64,000 nucleotides of DNA from a virus. A program made the position numbers and the translations under genes. Below are positions 43,872-52,403 of the stretch, piece after piece. Below the pieces are notes generated by a model. That model was not told the DNA's origin. It did no database searches and was given only the letters and a program-made list of their open reading frames with translations. Position 1 is the first letter of the stretch. Every line of letters begins with the position of its first letter. The stretch covers positions 1 through 64,000 of the IMG/VR virus record IMGVR_UViG_3300017751_000011, one strand, 5' to 3'.

Positions 43872-45698
43872 TTAGTTGTTGTGTGGCACTAGCACGACTT
43901 CAATGTTTTGTAGAATTGCGCTATGTTCGTTTAAGAAAACGAAAGGGGAGAAGCTAGTAATAATTGCACCTTGAGCCAGGGCTCTACTAGTGCTGTTTGT
44001 AGCGTTTGTTATCCTTACACCTAACTCAACTCCTATGCCTACGCAAGAAACAGCATTTTCCGTTGCAAACAGACCCTGTCCGTACTGTTCGGAATAAAGA
44101 GCGCTTATGTCTACCTCTTGTGTCTCATTTTGAGTAGTGTCCGCAACACTAGGGTTTATAAAATTAAAAAATGCTTTCCCCCCAGTATTTTGGACCCCAA
44201 GAGAACTAAAAGGAATGTCACCTACTGTTACTACTCTCGTGCTCATTACGTTAGAGCCAAGATCGCCATTGGACGTTGGTACTGAAGAGTACTTTTTTAC
44301 CCTTACAAAAGTTTGAAAATTAGACCCGCTGTTAAAGTCATTTGCTTGACTTGCGCTGAACGACAAACTGTTCCTCATTCCAGCTGAGAGAATAGGTGAA
44401 GTTCCGCTATAGGCGTTTTCATCAGTAGGAGGCTCTCTTAAAACAAGACGGCTAGGACTCCCTGGAAATGCGTTTATTGTAAAATCGTTGCTAGAGGTTC
44501 CTGAAAAAACAAAAGGGTCTCCTAATGAAACAGCATTGTCAGTGTAATGACCGTCGGAGTTGTTAGGAGGAGGATTAGCGCTAAATATAGCCACTGTTGC
44601 CGCTCCAGACGTAACGGTAGGGTCACTCAAGCTGGACAGCCCCGCTGGTTGAGATTGCCCCCAATTTGCATAAACGTAATATCTATTACTCCCTCCCCTC
44701 CAAAAGTTACTGACCTCAGAACTAAGAGTGGAATCTGGTTGGTTGGCAGAACCCCAGCTCATCGGAACAGAAACAACAGTGTCTTGAAGCTCGACTTCTG
44801 GATCCACCGTCTCCCCAAATACACCGAGAAGAGTCAAAATATCATCTACCCCCACAACCCCGTCGCCGTTAAAGTCACCACCACTTGACACCACCCCCGC
44901 AGACCCTCCATATACTGTTACATCTCCATAACCTCCAGAAACATATTCGTCAGCGATGCCAGCTCCTAGCATTGATATAAACTGGTTTACAGAAATTTTT
45001 GCATCTACAATAGCCCCACCTGAGGCCGTTATTGATATAGGGAGGTCTGTTGAGTTGTTACTTGAAAGAAGAGCCGCGTTTAGCTCTCCGTCAATAATAT
45101 CTTCAGCGTTTGGAAGAGACTCTAAAAGAAGCTTAGTCTCAGAGAGCCTTATTATAGTGCCATTATCTATGTAATCTTGAATCACTTCAAGTATCAAGGC
45201 TGCGGTTTGAGCATTGTAGGTATTCGAATCCACCAGTGGGGGGGCAGCAGATGGGAAGCCACCGTTGTTCCACGTATCATCTACCACAAGGTATGCGCCG
45301 TCGTTTACTCCCGCGTAGTTGCCGTCTCCCACGTCATTAATGCCAGACACTTGAAATACATCTCCTTTTGTTAACCAACTTGCCGTACCCGACCCAACTA
45401 AAAACCCTTCTGTTGCTAAAACATTCCCGTTAAGCCAGATCACCTTTAAAGCCGAGCCGACAAACTTTAACATTGAATCCCAGTTGGCACTCTCCCCCCA
45501 TTCTCCCCCAGTATGAACACTTATCTGCGGGTAGGTAGTACCCACCACAGACAAGTATCCATTAGACCGCATAAGCGGCGACAGATCGTTTCTATCTGAT
45601 ACATGATTAAACACGCCAAGACCTTTCACCTGCTGAGTGCTAAGATCAAGTATCGGCCCACCACACGATTCTAGTACGTCGCCGATGAATACTGGCAT
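43872..45698 (-). CDS. fibre or spike-like protein with dockerin/EF-hand-like calcium-binding motif (608 aa)
   Basis: GDFNGDGVVGVDDILTLLGVFGE (nt 44821-44880) matches the dockerin type I repeat pattern D.N.DG.v...D...l. Confidence 0.6.
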   Translation of the reverse strand: MPVFIGDVLESCGGPILDLSTQQVKGLGVFNHVSDRNDLSPLMRSNGYLSVVGTTYPQISVHTGGEWGESANWDSMLKFVGSALKVIWLNGNVLATEGFLVGSGTASWLTKGDVFQVSGINDVGDGNYAGVNDGAYLVVDDTWNNGGFPSAAPPLVDSNTYNAQTAALILEVIQDYIDNGTIIRLSETKLLLESLPNAEDIIDGELNAALLSSNNSTDLPISITASGGAIVDAKISVNQFISMLGAGIADEYVSGGYGDVTVYGGSAGVVSSGGDFNGDGVVGVDDILTLLGVFGETVDPEVELQDTVVSVPMSWGSANQPDSTLSSEVSNFWRGGSNRYYVYANWGQSQPAGLSSLSDPTVTSGAATVAIFSANPPPNNSDGHYTDNAVSLGDPFVFSGTSSNDFTINAFPGSPSRLVLREPPTDENAYSGTSPILSAGMRNSLSFSASQANDFNSGSNFQTFVRVKKYSSVPTSNGDLGSNVMSTRVVTVGDIPFSSLGVQNTGGKAFFNFINPSVADTTQNETQEVDISALYSEQYGQGLFATENAVSCVGIGVELGVRITNATNSTSRALAQGAIITSFSPFVFLNEHSAILQNIEVVLVPHNN

Positions 45699-46063
45699 TA
45701 CTCTACGTTGATGTAGTCGATGCAGCCCTTGATGTCGTTTGCACTAAGCTCGCTGCAATCCTCTTCTTTCAAAGTAATTTTCTCGATCTCTACCTTCTGC
45801 TTCTTGTCCAAGAGAGACCTTACGTCCTCTTTAAACTTGGCTGCGGCTTCGTCTGGTACAACCTGCTTTCCGTCCTCGTCATAAGAGGCTGTCTTAAGGT
45901 CTTCGATGTACTCGTTGCGCTTAGACTCAAACGGAGACACTATAGCCTCTAGGGATTTGATGTTCTTCGCAACCATATACGTCTGCTTAAACGGGAGCTT
46001 TGCACCCGCCACCTTATTGAAGCCTTGCAGGGCCTCAATACACTGTTCCATTGTAATCGTCAT
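45698..46063 (-). CDS. hypothetical protein (121 aa), possible fibre chaperone
   Basis: Small acidic ORF between large fibre genes. The chaperone idea is positional only. Confidence 0.5.
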   Translation of the reverse strand: MTITMEQCIEALQGFNKVAGAKLPFKQTYMVAKNIKSLEAIVSPFESKRNEYIEDLKTASYDEDGKQVVPDEAAAKFKEDVRSLLDKKQKVEIEKITLKEEDCSELSANDIKGCIDYINVE

Positions 46064-46097
46064 GTGAATTGAATTAGTTCCGCTAAGATACTAAATC

Positions 46098-48110
46098 TTA
46101 TCCTATAAACACAAACTTCAGTTTGTCAGAGGCAACGACACCCTGAACCTTTACTTTTCTAGAATTCACCGAAGCCCCCTTCTTAGATTGAGGCGTAACA
46201 ACCTCTCCTACCGCTGGAAGTCCGCTGCCATCTCCCTTTTGCATAACCACCGCCATTGCAATTACTGCGTCTGTATTAAGCCCGTGAGTAACCTCTATGG
46301 CGGCGTCTACGGGGGCTGTTCCAGTGCCTGCCCCATAGGTGACAGTATTTGTAGCTACCCTGCCGAAATTTCTTCCGTACACCTGACCAGAGGGTGATGC
46401 ATCAGTATATACAGAGACTCCAGTTTCATCGACGATGTGAATAGAAAGCAGCTTAGAAGGAGTGACAAGAGAGGTCAACGTATCTCCACTCCCAGCATGA
46501 AGATCTGCCAAAGAAGTGATGCTGGTATCTAGATCTGTAAGTATAGTTCCTTCTTGAACTGTCCAATCGCTTCCTTCAAATTGCTTGGCAACAGTGTCGT
46601 CTTCAGCGACATCAGGATTAATGTAATAGTTAGCCAGCTTCCACTTACCCCATTTTAAACCAGCGTTATTGTCTATATCATTACCAGCCCCATATTGATA
46701 TTTAATGTATGGCCTAGAATGTCTTCCGTTGTCTACGTGATGGACTCCAGCTCCTCCAGCTGTAGGAGATTCAGTACTAGCGCCATGGAAAGCCTCTATA
46801 CCTGCATCACTGCCAAGGCCGCCAATAGATACGGCATCGGGGATGTTGTTTTGCGCGTCTCTAGTGATGTTTAGGGACAAAAGGTTGTCCGTAAACGTTA
46901 CTGTTTGGCTCGTAGTCTGTACAAAATCGCCAGTAACGGTAAGGTTTCCGTTTATCGTAGCGTCTCCATGAGCTGTAAGTATTTGCCCAGTATTGCCCGA
47001 CGCACCCATAGTGACTCCACCATTGGAAGGGGAAAGGGTGATGGCGTCAATGAGAGAAACCGTTGCGACTCCACCAGAAGTGGCGACAGAAACTTCGTTA
47101 TCTGTGCCAGCTACAGACTGAACTACAGTTGGGTAGAGACCTGTAAAAACGTTAGCTGCAGTATCTGAAGACATTACTCCAGCAGACGAGATCAGCATGA
47201 CGTTCCCGTCATCATTTCCTGCAACGACGGGCGCAGTAATACTTCCCGAAAAAGAAGTGTTTCCTGCAGAAAGAACAGCTAGAGTTGTATCTCCCGTTAC
47301 ACCAAGCGCACCCCCAATCGTCGCGCCTCCAGTAGTATCTACACTGGCTACGCTCAGGTCTGCAGTAGGAGAAACCCTAATGTGCATAGTGCCATTACCG
47401 TTGTCTACAAAGTTTATGTCTCCTGCCTGGCCAGATTCGGTGGTTAAGTTACTGAACGCCTCCCTGATTTCGAGATTGGTCGGGAACGCTATCTCATACC
47501 CATCAGCAGCGCTTCCTGATACGTCTCCAAGACGAATGTTCGCCAATACAGTAGCAGAGCCGCCTGTGATGTCGACGGGATCTGCAAGGACTGCCGCAGT
47601 AATGGCCACGTCCGAAATTCCACCTCCGTCACCCCCTACGTATTGACTGAAGTCAGTCCATGCGGCTGGCACGGCTGTAAGCCCATCTTCAGAAACCTGA
47701 AAACGACTAGTTAAAGCTGTATCGTATGCGTCTGCAGTAGCGTAACTCTCATTACCCGTATACAAAAGTACTTTTGGAGAGCCCCCTACAACGACCTGTA
47801 TGTTTATATCGTTTCCACCTTGGTCTTGGGCAACAAAGTAGTTTACGTCTAGAGTCAACCCAGATACGTCAGACAAGACATTTAGAGGGCTTCCGTTTGC
47901 TACGTAAACTAAAGTGGAATATGGCTTGTACTTGCCCCATAGGTCGGACCCAAAATAATTTGTTCCGTTGTTCTGGTAAGCATCAACAAAGTTCCTTACG
48001 TCAGCAAAGCTCTGTATGTGGGTTTTAAACGACCCAAATACTTGTTCGGAATCTACTATTCCTTTATTTACAGACCCGTGTATTAGGTTTGATCCAAATA
48101 ATATTGACAT
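46098..48110 (-). CDS. fibre-like structural protein (670 aa)
   Basis: Gly/Thr/Ser/Ala/Val-rich beta-type composition. Confidence 0.65.
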   Translation of the reverse strand: MSILFGSNLIHGSVNKGIVDSEQVFGSFKTHIQSFADVRNFVDAYQNNGTNYFGSDLWGKYKPYSTLVYVANGSPLNVLSDVSGLTLDVNYFVAQDQGGNDINIQVVVGGSPKVLLYTGNESYATADAYDTALTSRFQVSEDGLTAVPAAWTDFSQYVGGDGGGISDVAITAAVLADPVDITGGSATVLANIRLGDVSGSAADGYEIAFPTNLEIREAFSNLTTESGQAGDINFVDNGNGTMHIRVSPTADLSVASVDTTGGATIGGALGVTGDTTLAVLSAGNTSFSGSITAPVVAGNDDGNVMLISSAGVMSSDTAANVFTGLYPTVVQSVAGTDNEVSVATSGGVATVSLIDAITLSPSNGGVTMGASGNTGQILTAHGDATINGNLTVTGDFVQTTSQTVTFTDNLLSLNITRDAQNNIPDAVSIGGLGSDAGIEAFHGASTESPTAGGAGVHHVDNGRHSRPYIKYQYGAGNDIDNNAGLKWGKWKLANYYINPDVAEDDTVAKQFEGSDWTVQEGTILTDLDTSITSLADLHAGSGDTLTSLVTPSKLLSIHIVDETGVSVYTDASPSGQVYGRNFGRVATNTVTYGAGTGTAPVDAAIEVTHGLNTDAVIAMAVVMQKGDGSGLPAVGEVVTPQSKKGASVNSRKVKVQGVVASDKLKFVFIG

Positions 48111-48116
48111 GTTTTC

Positions 48117-50021
48117 TTATGATATAACCAACTTTTGGTAAGGAAATCCGTCTCCGTCTCCAGAATCTGAAGAAGCGTAAACTTTGTAGGTAATGCTAAC
48201 GCCATTCTCAAAACTAACATCTATAGCGCTCGTACCCCTTGAGTCTAAACCAGCGTCTTTAAAGTCGTTAGTTATTGTGGTAGCTCCATCGGTTATGCTG
48301 CTAAAGCTGTTCAGCGAATTTGTGTTTTCTATAGGAAACCCTACATATATATGCTTTCCCAATGGTGCAAGGAGGGGTTCGTAAGCGCCATACAAATCAG
48401 ACATGCTAAAGGTGTGAAGAGAAGAGCTAAGCTTCCCCATGTTTACATACTCTATATTGGCCTCATTTGACGTGCCTCCAATAGTTTCGGAAAAGGTTGA
48501 GATAAATATACTACTTAGGGCAGATGCAAGAGTGGCTCCAGTAACGTTAACAGGGTTTACACTAGAGTACCCAATGAAGTATGGAACTTTAAATAGAATC
48601 GTAGGCTGAGTAATTTCTACCGTATTTTCAGTAACTCCAGTACCGTTGTCTATAATTTTAACTTGATAAATTACTTCGGTAACATCGGACTCTGCAATAG
48701 GATCACTTTCAGATCCAGTAGTCGTAGTGCCATCAGTAAAACTGTAGCTCCCCTCATAGGATTGCAAAGAGTCGTTTTGATTTGCGTCAATTACCGTCTC
48801 TCCACTACCGCCCTGACCATGAATCTTTTCGTAAGTAGTTTGAGAGTTTCCGTTAAGGGAAGTATACTTTCTCCAGACTTGAACCTCGCTTATTGCAATG
48901 CTAGAGTCTTGAGAGGCAGCCTGGTTAACTACAGTGAAACTTATGTTGCTCCCTATATCTCCCATTATTCTTTCGGAATCGCTAGTTTCAGAAACAGCGA
49001 TAGAGCTTGGGCTTGTCCGTGCGGCGCTAAATGTTACCGAAGGCTGCTGATAAGCGTTAACCTTGTATGACCCACTCGTATCATCATCTGCAATAACGGT
49101 GACGGCAGCCTGTGTTGTACCATCGTTTTCTATGGCAGTAACCTCTATGGTGTAGTTTTCATAAACATTTCCGCTACTTCCAGTGTAAGCTGGGATATCT
49201 ACGTTAACATCTGAAAAAGAAACAGACGTATAAACGTCTGGAGTGGCAGTAAAACTGTTAAGAGCCTGTATAGCGTTCGTTATATTGGTTTTTCCAGCAT
49301 TGTCATAAATAGCCGTGTTAGTTGAATTGAAAATGCCTCCGTAGGTCCAAGCCGTATTACCCGCGTTTCGATCAACATAACCTAAGGTGGTGCTACCCCT
49401 CTTGATTTCTATTCTCTTGACACCGCTATTTACTGTAGCTGTATTATCTCCAGTTATAGTGTTTCTATTTCTGTTTCTCACTTTAAATGTCAGCCCTGCA
49501 GTCTGATCATTGCGGACTGAAGTGGAGTACTCAAAGGTCTCGGCTACCCCGCTATTAAAGCTAATATCAGTTGATACGAACTCTTGATATTTAGTGAGGG
49601 CGTCTTTAAGAGCGTCCAATGCTGTCTTGCCGTTCCACGGAAGCAAGTCGTTGTTGTCATACTTGCCGAAAGTCCTTCCGTCCCCTATGTTAACGTACAG
49701 GTTAGAGTCAAAAATCGGGGTGTCACCAACGTTCTTCCAGTGAACAGAGCTTCCGTCAGCTATATCGATAATCTTAGCTGCCTGAACTGGGTTGTCCTGG
49801 GCCGTAAAGATGTAAACCTTACCAGTGGCCTTATTTACAAGGAGCACACCAGGAAAGACTTTGTTTACCAGATCTGGGTGGATGGCCGCTGCATCCTGAG
49901 GGTCTACCACATCATTGAGGAGATCAACAAAAATGACACCCTTCGAAGTGTTTTCCGAAAGGTCTATAATCGGATAGTCCGAATTTGAACTTCTTAGTTC
50001 GTCACCGAAATAAATTGCCAT
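48117..50021 (-). CDS. fibre-like structural protein (634 aa)
   Basis: Ser/Thr/Asn-rich long ORF. Confidence 0.65.
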   Translation of the reverse strand: MAIYFGDELRSSNSDYPIIDLSENTSKGVIFVDLLNDVVDPQDAAAIHPDLVNKVFPGVLLVNKATGKVYIFTAQDNPVQAAKIIDIADGSSVHWKNVGDTPIFDSNLYVNIGDGRTFGKYDNNDLLPWNGKTALDALKDALTKYQEFVSTDISFNSGVAETFEYSTSVRNDQTAGLTFKVRNRNRNTITGDNTATVNSGVKRIEIKRGSTTLGYVDRNAGNTAWTYGGIFNSTNTAIYDNAGKTNITNAIQALNSFTATPDVYTSVSFSDVNVDIPAYTGSSGNVYENYTIEVTAIENDGTTQAAVTVIADDDTSGSYKVNAYQQPSVTFSAARTSPSSIAVSETSDSERIMGDIGSNISFTVVNQAASQDSSIAISEVQVWRKYTSLNGNSQTTYEKIHGQGGSGETVIDANQNDSLQSYEGSYSFTDGTTTTGSESDPIAESDVTEVIYQVKIIDNGTGVTENTVEITQPTILFKVPYFIGYSSVNPVNVTGATLASALSSIFISTFSETIGGTSNEANIEYVNMGKLSSSLHTFSMSDLYGAYEPLLAPLGKHIYVGFPIENTNSLNSFSSITDGATTITNDFKDAGLDSRGTSAIDVSFENGVSITYKVYASSDSGDGDGFPYQKLVIS

Positions 50022-51319
50022 TAGCTATCTAGTTTTATCTGTAAATCAATCTTTATCTTTTCGCTGAACGCCCCAGGAATACTACCCCTGTAATATTTGA
50101 CAGGAATAGAGTTCCTAGTGTATGAGCTTCCATCTGGAAATTGATTTCCCAAATATACTATAGAATCGTTTAGAGAATATACTCCAGACCCTGCAGTAGT
50201 TGCGGCAGCTTCATCTATTTTAAATTCGTCAGGTATCTCTATGATTAAGTACCTATCTGAGTCATAGACAGATTGAGATGAATCATTTTTAAAGTCAATG
50301 ATCACCTCTTGGACCTCAGAGACAAAGTCTGTCATTACATCGACGTATTGATCTTCGTTGGCGTCAACGAGTAAAACTCCTGTAAGGAGAACAGAATTTT
50401 CGGGGTCAAATACGTTTGCCGCATCACTTAAAAGAGAACTTAGATTGGACGCTTTTGGATCTGCAGAAACACTAGTGAAGCACCTGATTTTCTTCCCTAT
50501 GTAAAAGTCAAAGCTTTTGCTTGACGCCTCGGCCTGATCTGCACCTCCGTCATTCCATACGTAAACGGTCTTTAAAGTCTTTTTTCCTAGCGTCGAGTAG
50601 TTCAAGTTTATACTTGTACTTAACCCCCCTTCATTTACGTTTACAGTGGATGTAGACGGATAGTTTGTCCACCCATTTTCTGGCGGCTGAATAAGAGGGT
50701 TTGCGACTTGAAAAGACTCATCCCCTGAGGGGGACATGTATTGAATGCTCATTACCGAATTTGGATTCATCAACTCCATGTCAGAAGAAGTGATAGTGAC
50801 AGAGTTGAACAGCAATGGGTCTCCTATCTCAAACTTGTATTCGTGATCTTGATACTCTATAAACTCACCTAAAACCTCCTCGCCAAAGGAAGCTGAAGTT
50901 ATTTGAGGGCTAGGCTCCAAGTTTATGGTTAGCATATCCCTTACTATATCCTCTATCTCTGTAAGCTGAGAATACACTTTCCTTGACTCTGCTTCTCCGA
51001 CAGGGTTTGTTACAGTAAGATTCTCAGTCAAGAAACTACTTCCAGAACCAGATATCCCTGGCTCCCCTTTCTCTCCTTTATCTCCTTTAGCCCCCTTCCC
51101 AAAAACATCTATAGACCTAGATACAGGAGCTATAGAAACCGATGTAGACGAGCTAGGAAGGACAGATACAGAAACTGAACTAGAAGTAGCTGTAGACACT
51201 GTTTTAGCAGCCCCAGAAGGGACTGTTACTTCAGCATACTTAGACCCAGAAAGCACCACGACATAGCTCTCCCCGCTAGAGGCGGAGATGCTTATGTTAT
51301 TGTCGTCAGTGACTTTCAT
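50021..51319 (-). CDS. structural protein with a short collagen-like segment (432 aa)
   Basis: GAKGDKGEKGEPGISG Gly-X-Y run. Confidence 0.6.
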   Translation of the reverse strand: MKVTDDNNISISASSGESYVVVLSGSKYAEVTVPSGAAKTVSTATSSSVSVSVLPSSSTSVSIAPVSRSIDVFGKGAKGDKGEKGEPGISGSGSSFLTENLTVTNPVGEAESRKVYSQLTEIEDIVRDMLTINLEPSPQITSASFGEEVLGEFIEYQDHEYKFEIGDPLLFNSVTITSSDMELMNPNSVMSIQYMSPSGDESFQVANPLIQPPENGWTNYPSTSTVNVNEGGLSTSINLNYSTLGKKTLKTVYVWNDGGADQAEASSKSFDFYIGKKIRCFTSVSADPKASNLSSLLSDAANVFDPENSVLLTGVLLVDANEDQYVDVMTDFVSEVQEVIIDFKNDSSQSVYDSDRYLIIEIPDEFKIDEAAATTAGSGVYSLNDSIVYLGNQFPDGSSYTRNSIPVKYYRGSIPGAFSEKIKIDLQIKLDS

Positions 51320-51939
51320 TAGCTAATCTTTTTTACAATCAAAAATGTTCCATTAATAATTTCAGCCGAAACTGAAGCAGTACTAAACTTGGCAGAAAGA
51401 TTGAATTTTATCACGTCTCCTTCTTCTAAGTCAAGTAATCTCGTCAGAGAAACCCCTCCTTCATTAATGTTACTTTGAGAGGTGTTACTATGTCTTGTGG
51501 AGTAATTACTGGCCACCCCATGAACGTCATCTACGAAAGTATTAAATTCCGCACTTGCATCGTAGTCAGTACAAACTGAAGCCTTTATAGTCAACCCCAC
51601 TCTCGCGTTGTTGTTTGCGGATGAAGATGAAATTACTCTGCTGTTACAAGTGACCTCATATATTCCGCTACTTGGAATTGTTATAATGCTTGGGCTACTA
51701 GAATTGTGCTGAATCTGTACTTCGTTTATAGAGGGGGTGTCAAAGGTTAAATCGTGGCTCGTTACAGAGCCAAAACCAGTTGAGCCAAACTCAAAGCCCA
51801 TAGTAAATGAGGGGTGAGCGTCAAACTGAGAAACCAGTACAGCTGACCCTTCAGAACCTTGAGGCCCTGTGGCCCCATCTTCGCCATCAGACCCAGGCTC
51901 CCCGTCTCTGCCTTTAAATATATCTACCTCTACCTTCAT
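51319..51939 (-). CDS. collagen-like fibre protein with C1q/TNF-like C-terminal domain (putative)
   Basis: GRDGEPGSDGEDGATGPQGSEG gives 7 Gly-X-Y triplets. It is followed by a roughly 170-aa domain with SGIYEVTCNSRV and LLDLEEGDVIKFNL, reminiscent of C1q jelly-roll strands. Confidence 0.45.
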   Translation of the reverse strand: MKVEVDIFKGRDGEPGSDGEDGATGPQGSEGSAVLVSQFDAHPSFTMGFEFGSTGFGSVTSHDLTFDTPSINEVQIQHNSSSPSIITIPSSGIYEVTCNSRVISSSSANNNARVGLTIKASVCTDYDASAEFNTFVDDVHGVASNYSTRHSNTSQSNINEGGVSLTRLLDLEEGDVIKFNLSAKFSTASVSAEIINGTFLIVKKIS

Positions 51940-52403
51940 GAGGCTGTTATCGCCACATCACCATTGATAATAAAGCTTCCGAACAAAACAGTTGTGTGTG
52001 GGCCGTCTACGTTATCTGTAGCTGTATTTGGGCCAACGTACTGAAGGTCGTAAGTATAAGACCCTGGGTCTACCGTCCTCATCTCAGTGGCTGGGACGGT
52101 TATTACTACAATTCCAGTTTCAGCATTAGCTGTAAGGCTAGTATTAAAAACAAAGTCTGCCGTATCGTTGGCTACACTTGTTCCGTGACCAACTCCAGTC
52201 GTTTCATCAGTTCCTATTACAATCGGCCTATTTCCGTCAGCGGCTTTTCTTCCGCGAACCTGCATAGTAAACTTATAGAATTCACTTACTAAAGGCAAAA
52301 CCACCCCGTCAGAATCTTTAAGTGTAAGACTCATGTTAAAGGTGTCACCCCTCCTACATGTTATGTCCAGTCTAGACGACTGGTCTAGATCAACCTTGGC
52401 CAT
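51936..52403 (-). CDS. structural protein (155 aa)
   Basis: ORF overlap-coupled to the portal and collagen genes. Confidence 0.6.
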   Translation of the reverse strand: MAKVDLDQSSRLDITCRRGDTFNMSLTLKDSDGVVLPLVSEFYKFTMQVRGRKAADGNRPIVIGTDETTGVGHGTSVANDTADFVFNTSLTANAETGIVVITVPATEMRTVDPGSYTYDLQYVGPNTATDNVDGPHTTVLFGSFIINGDVAITAS

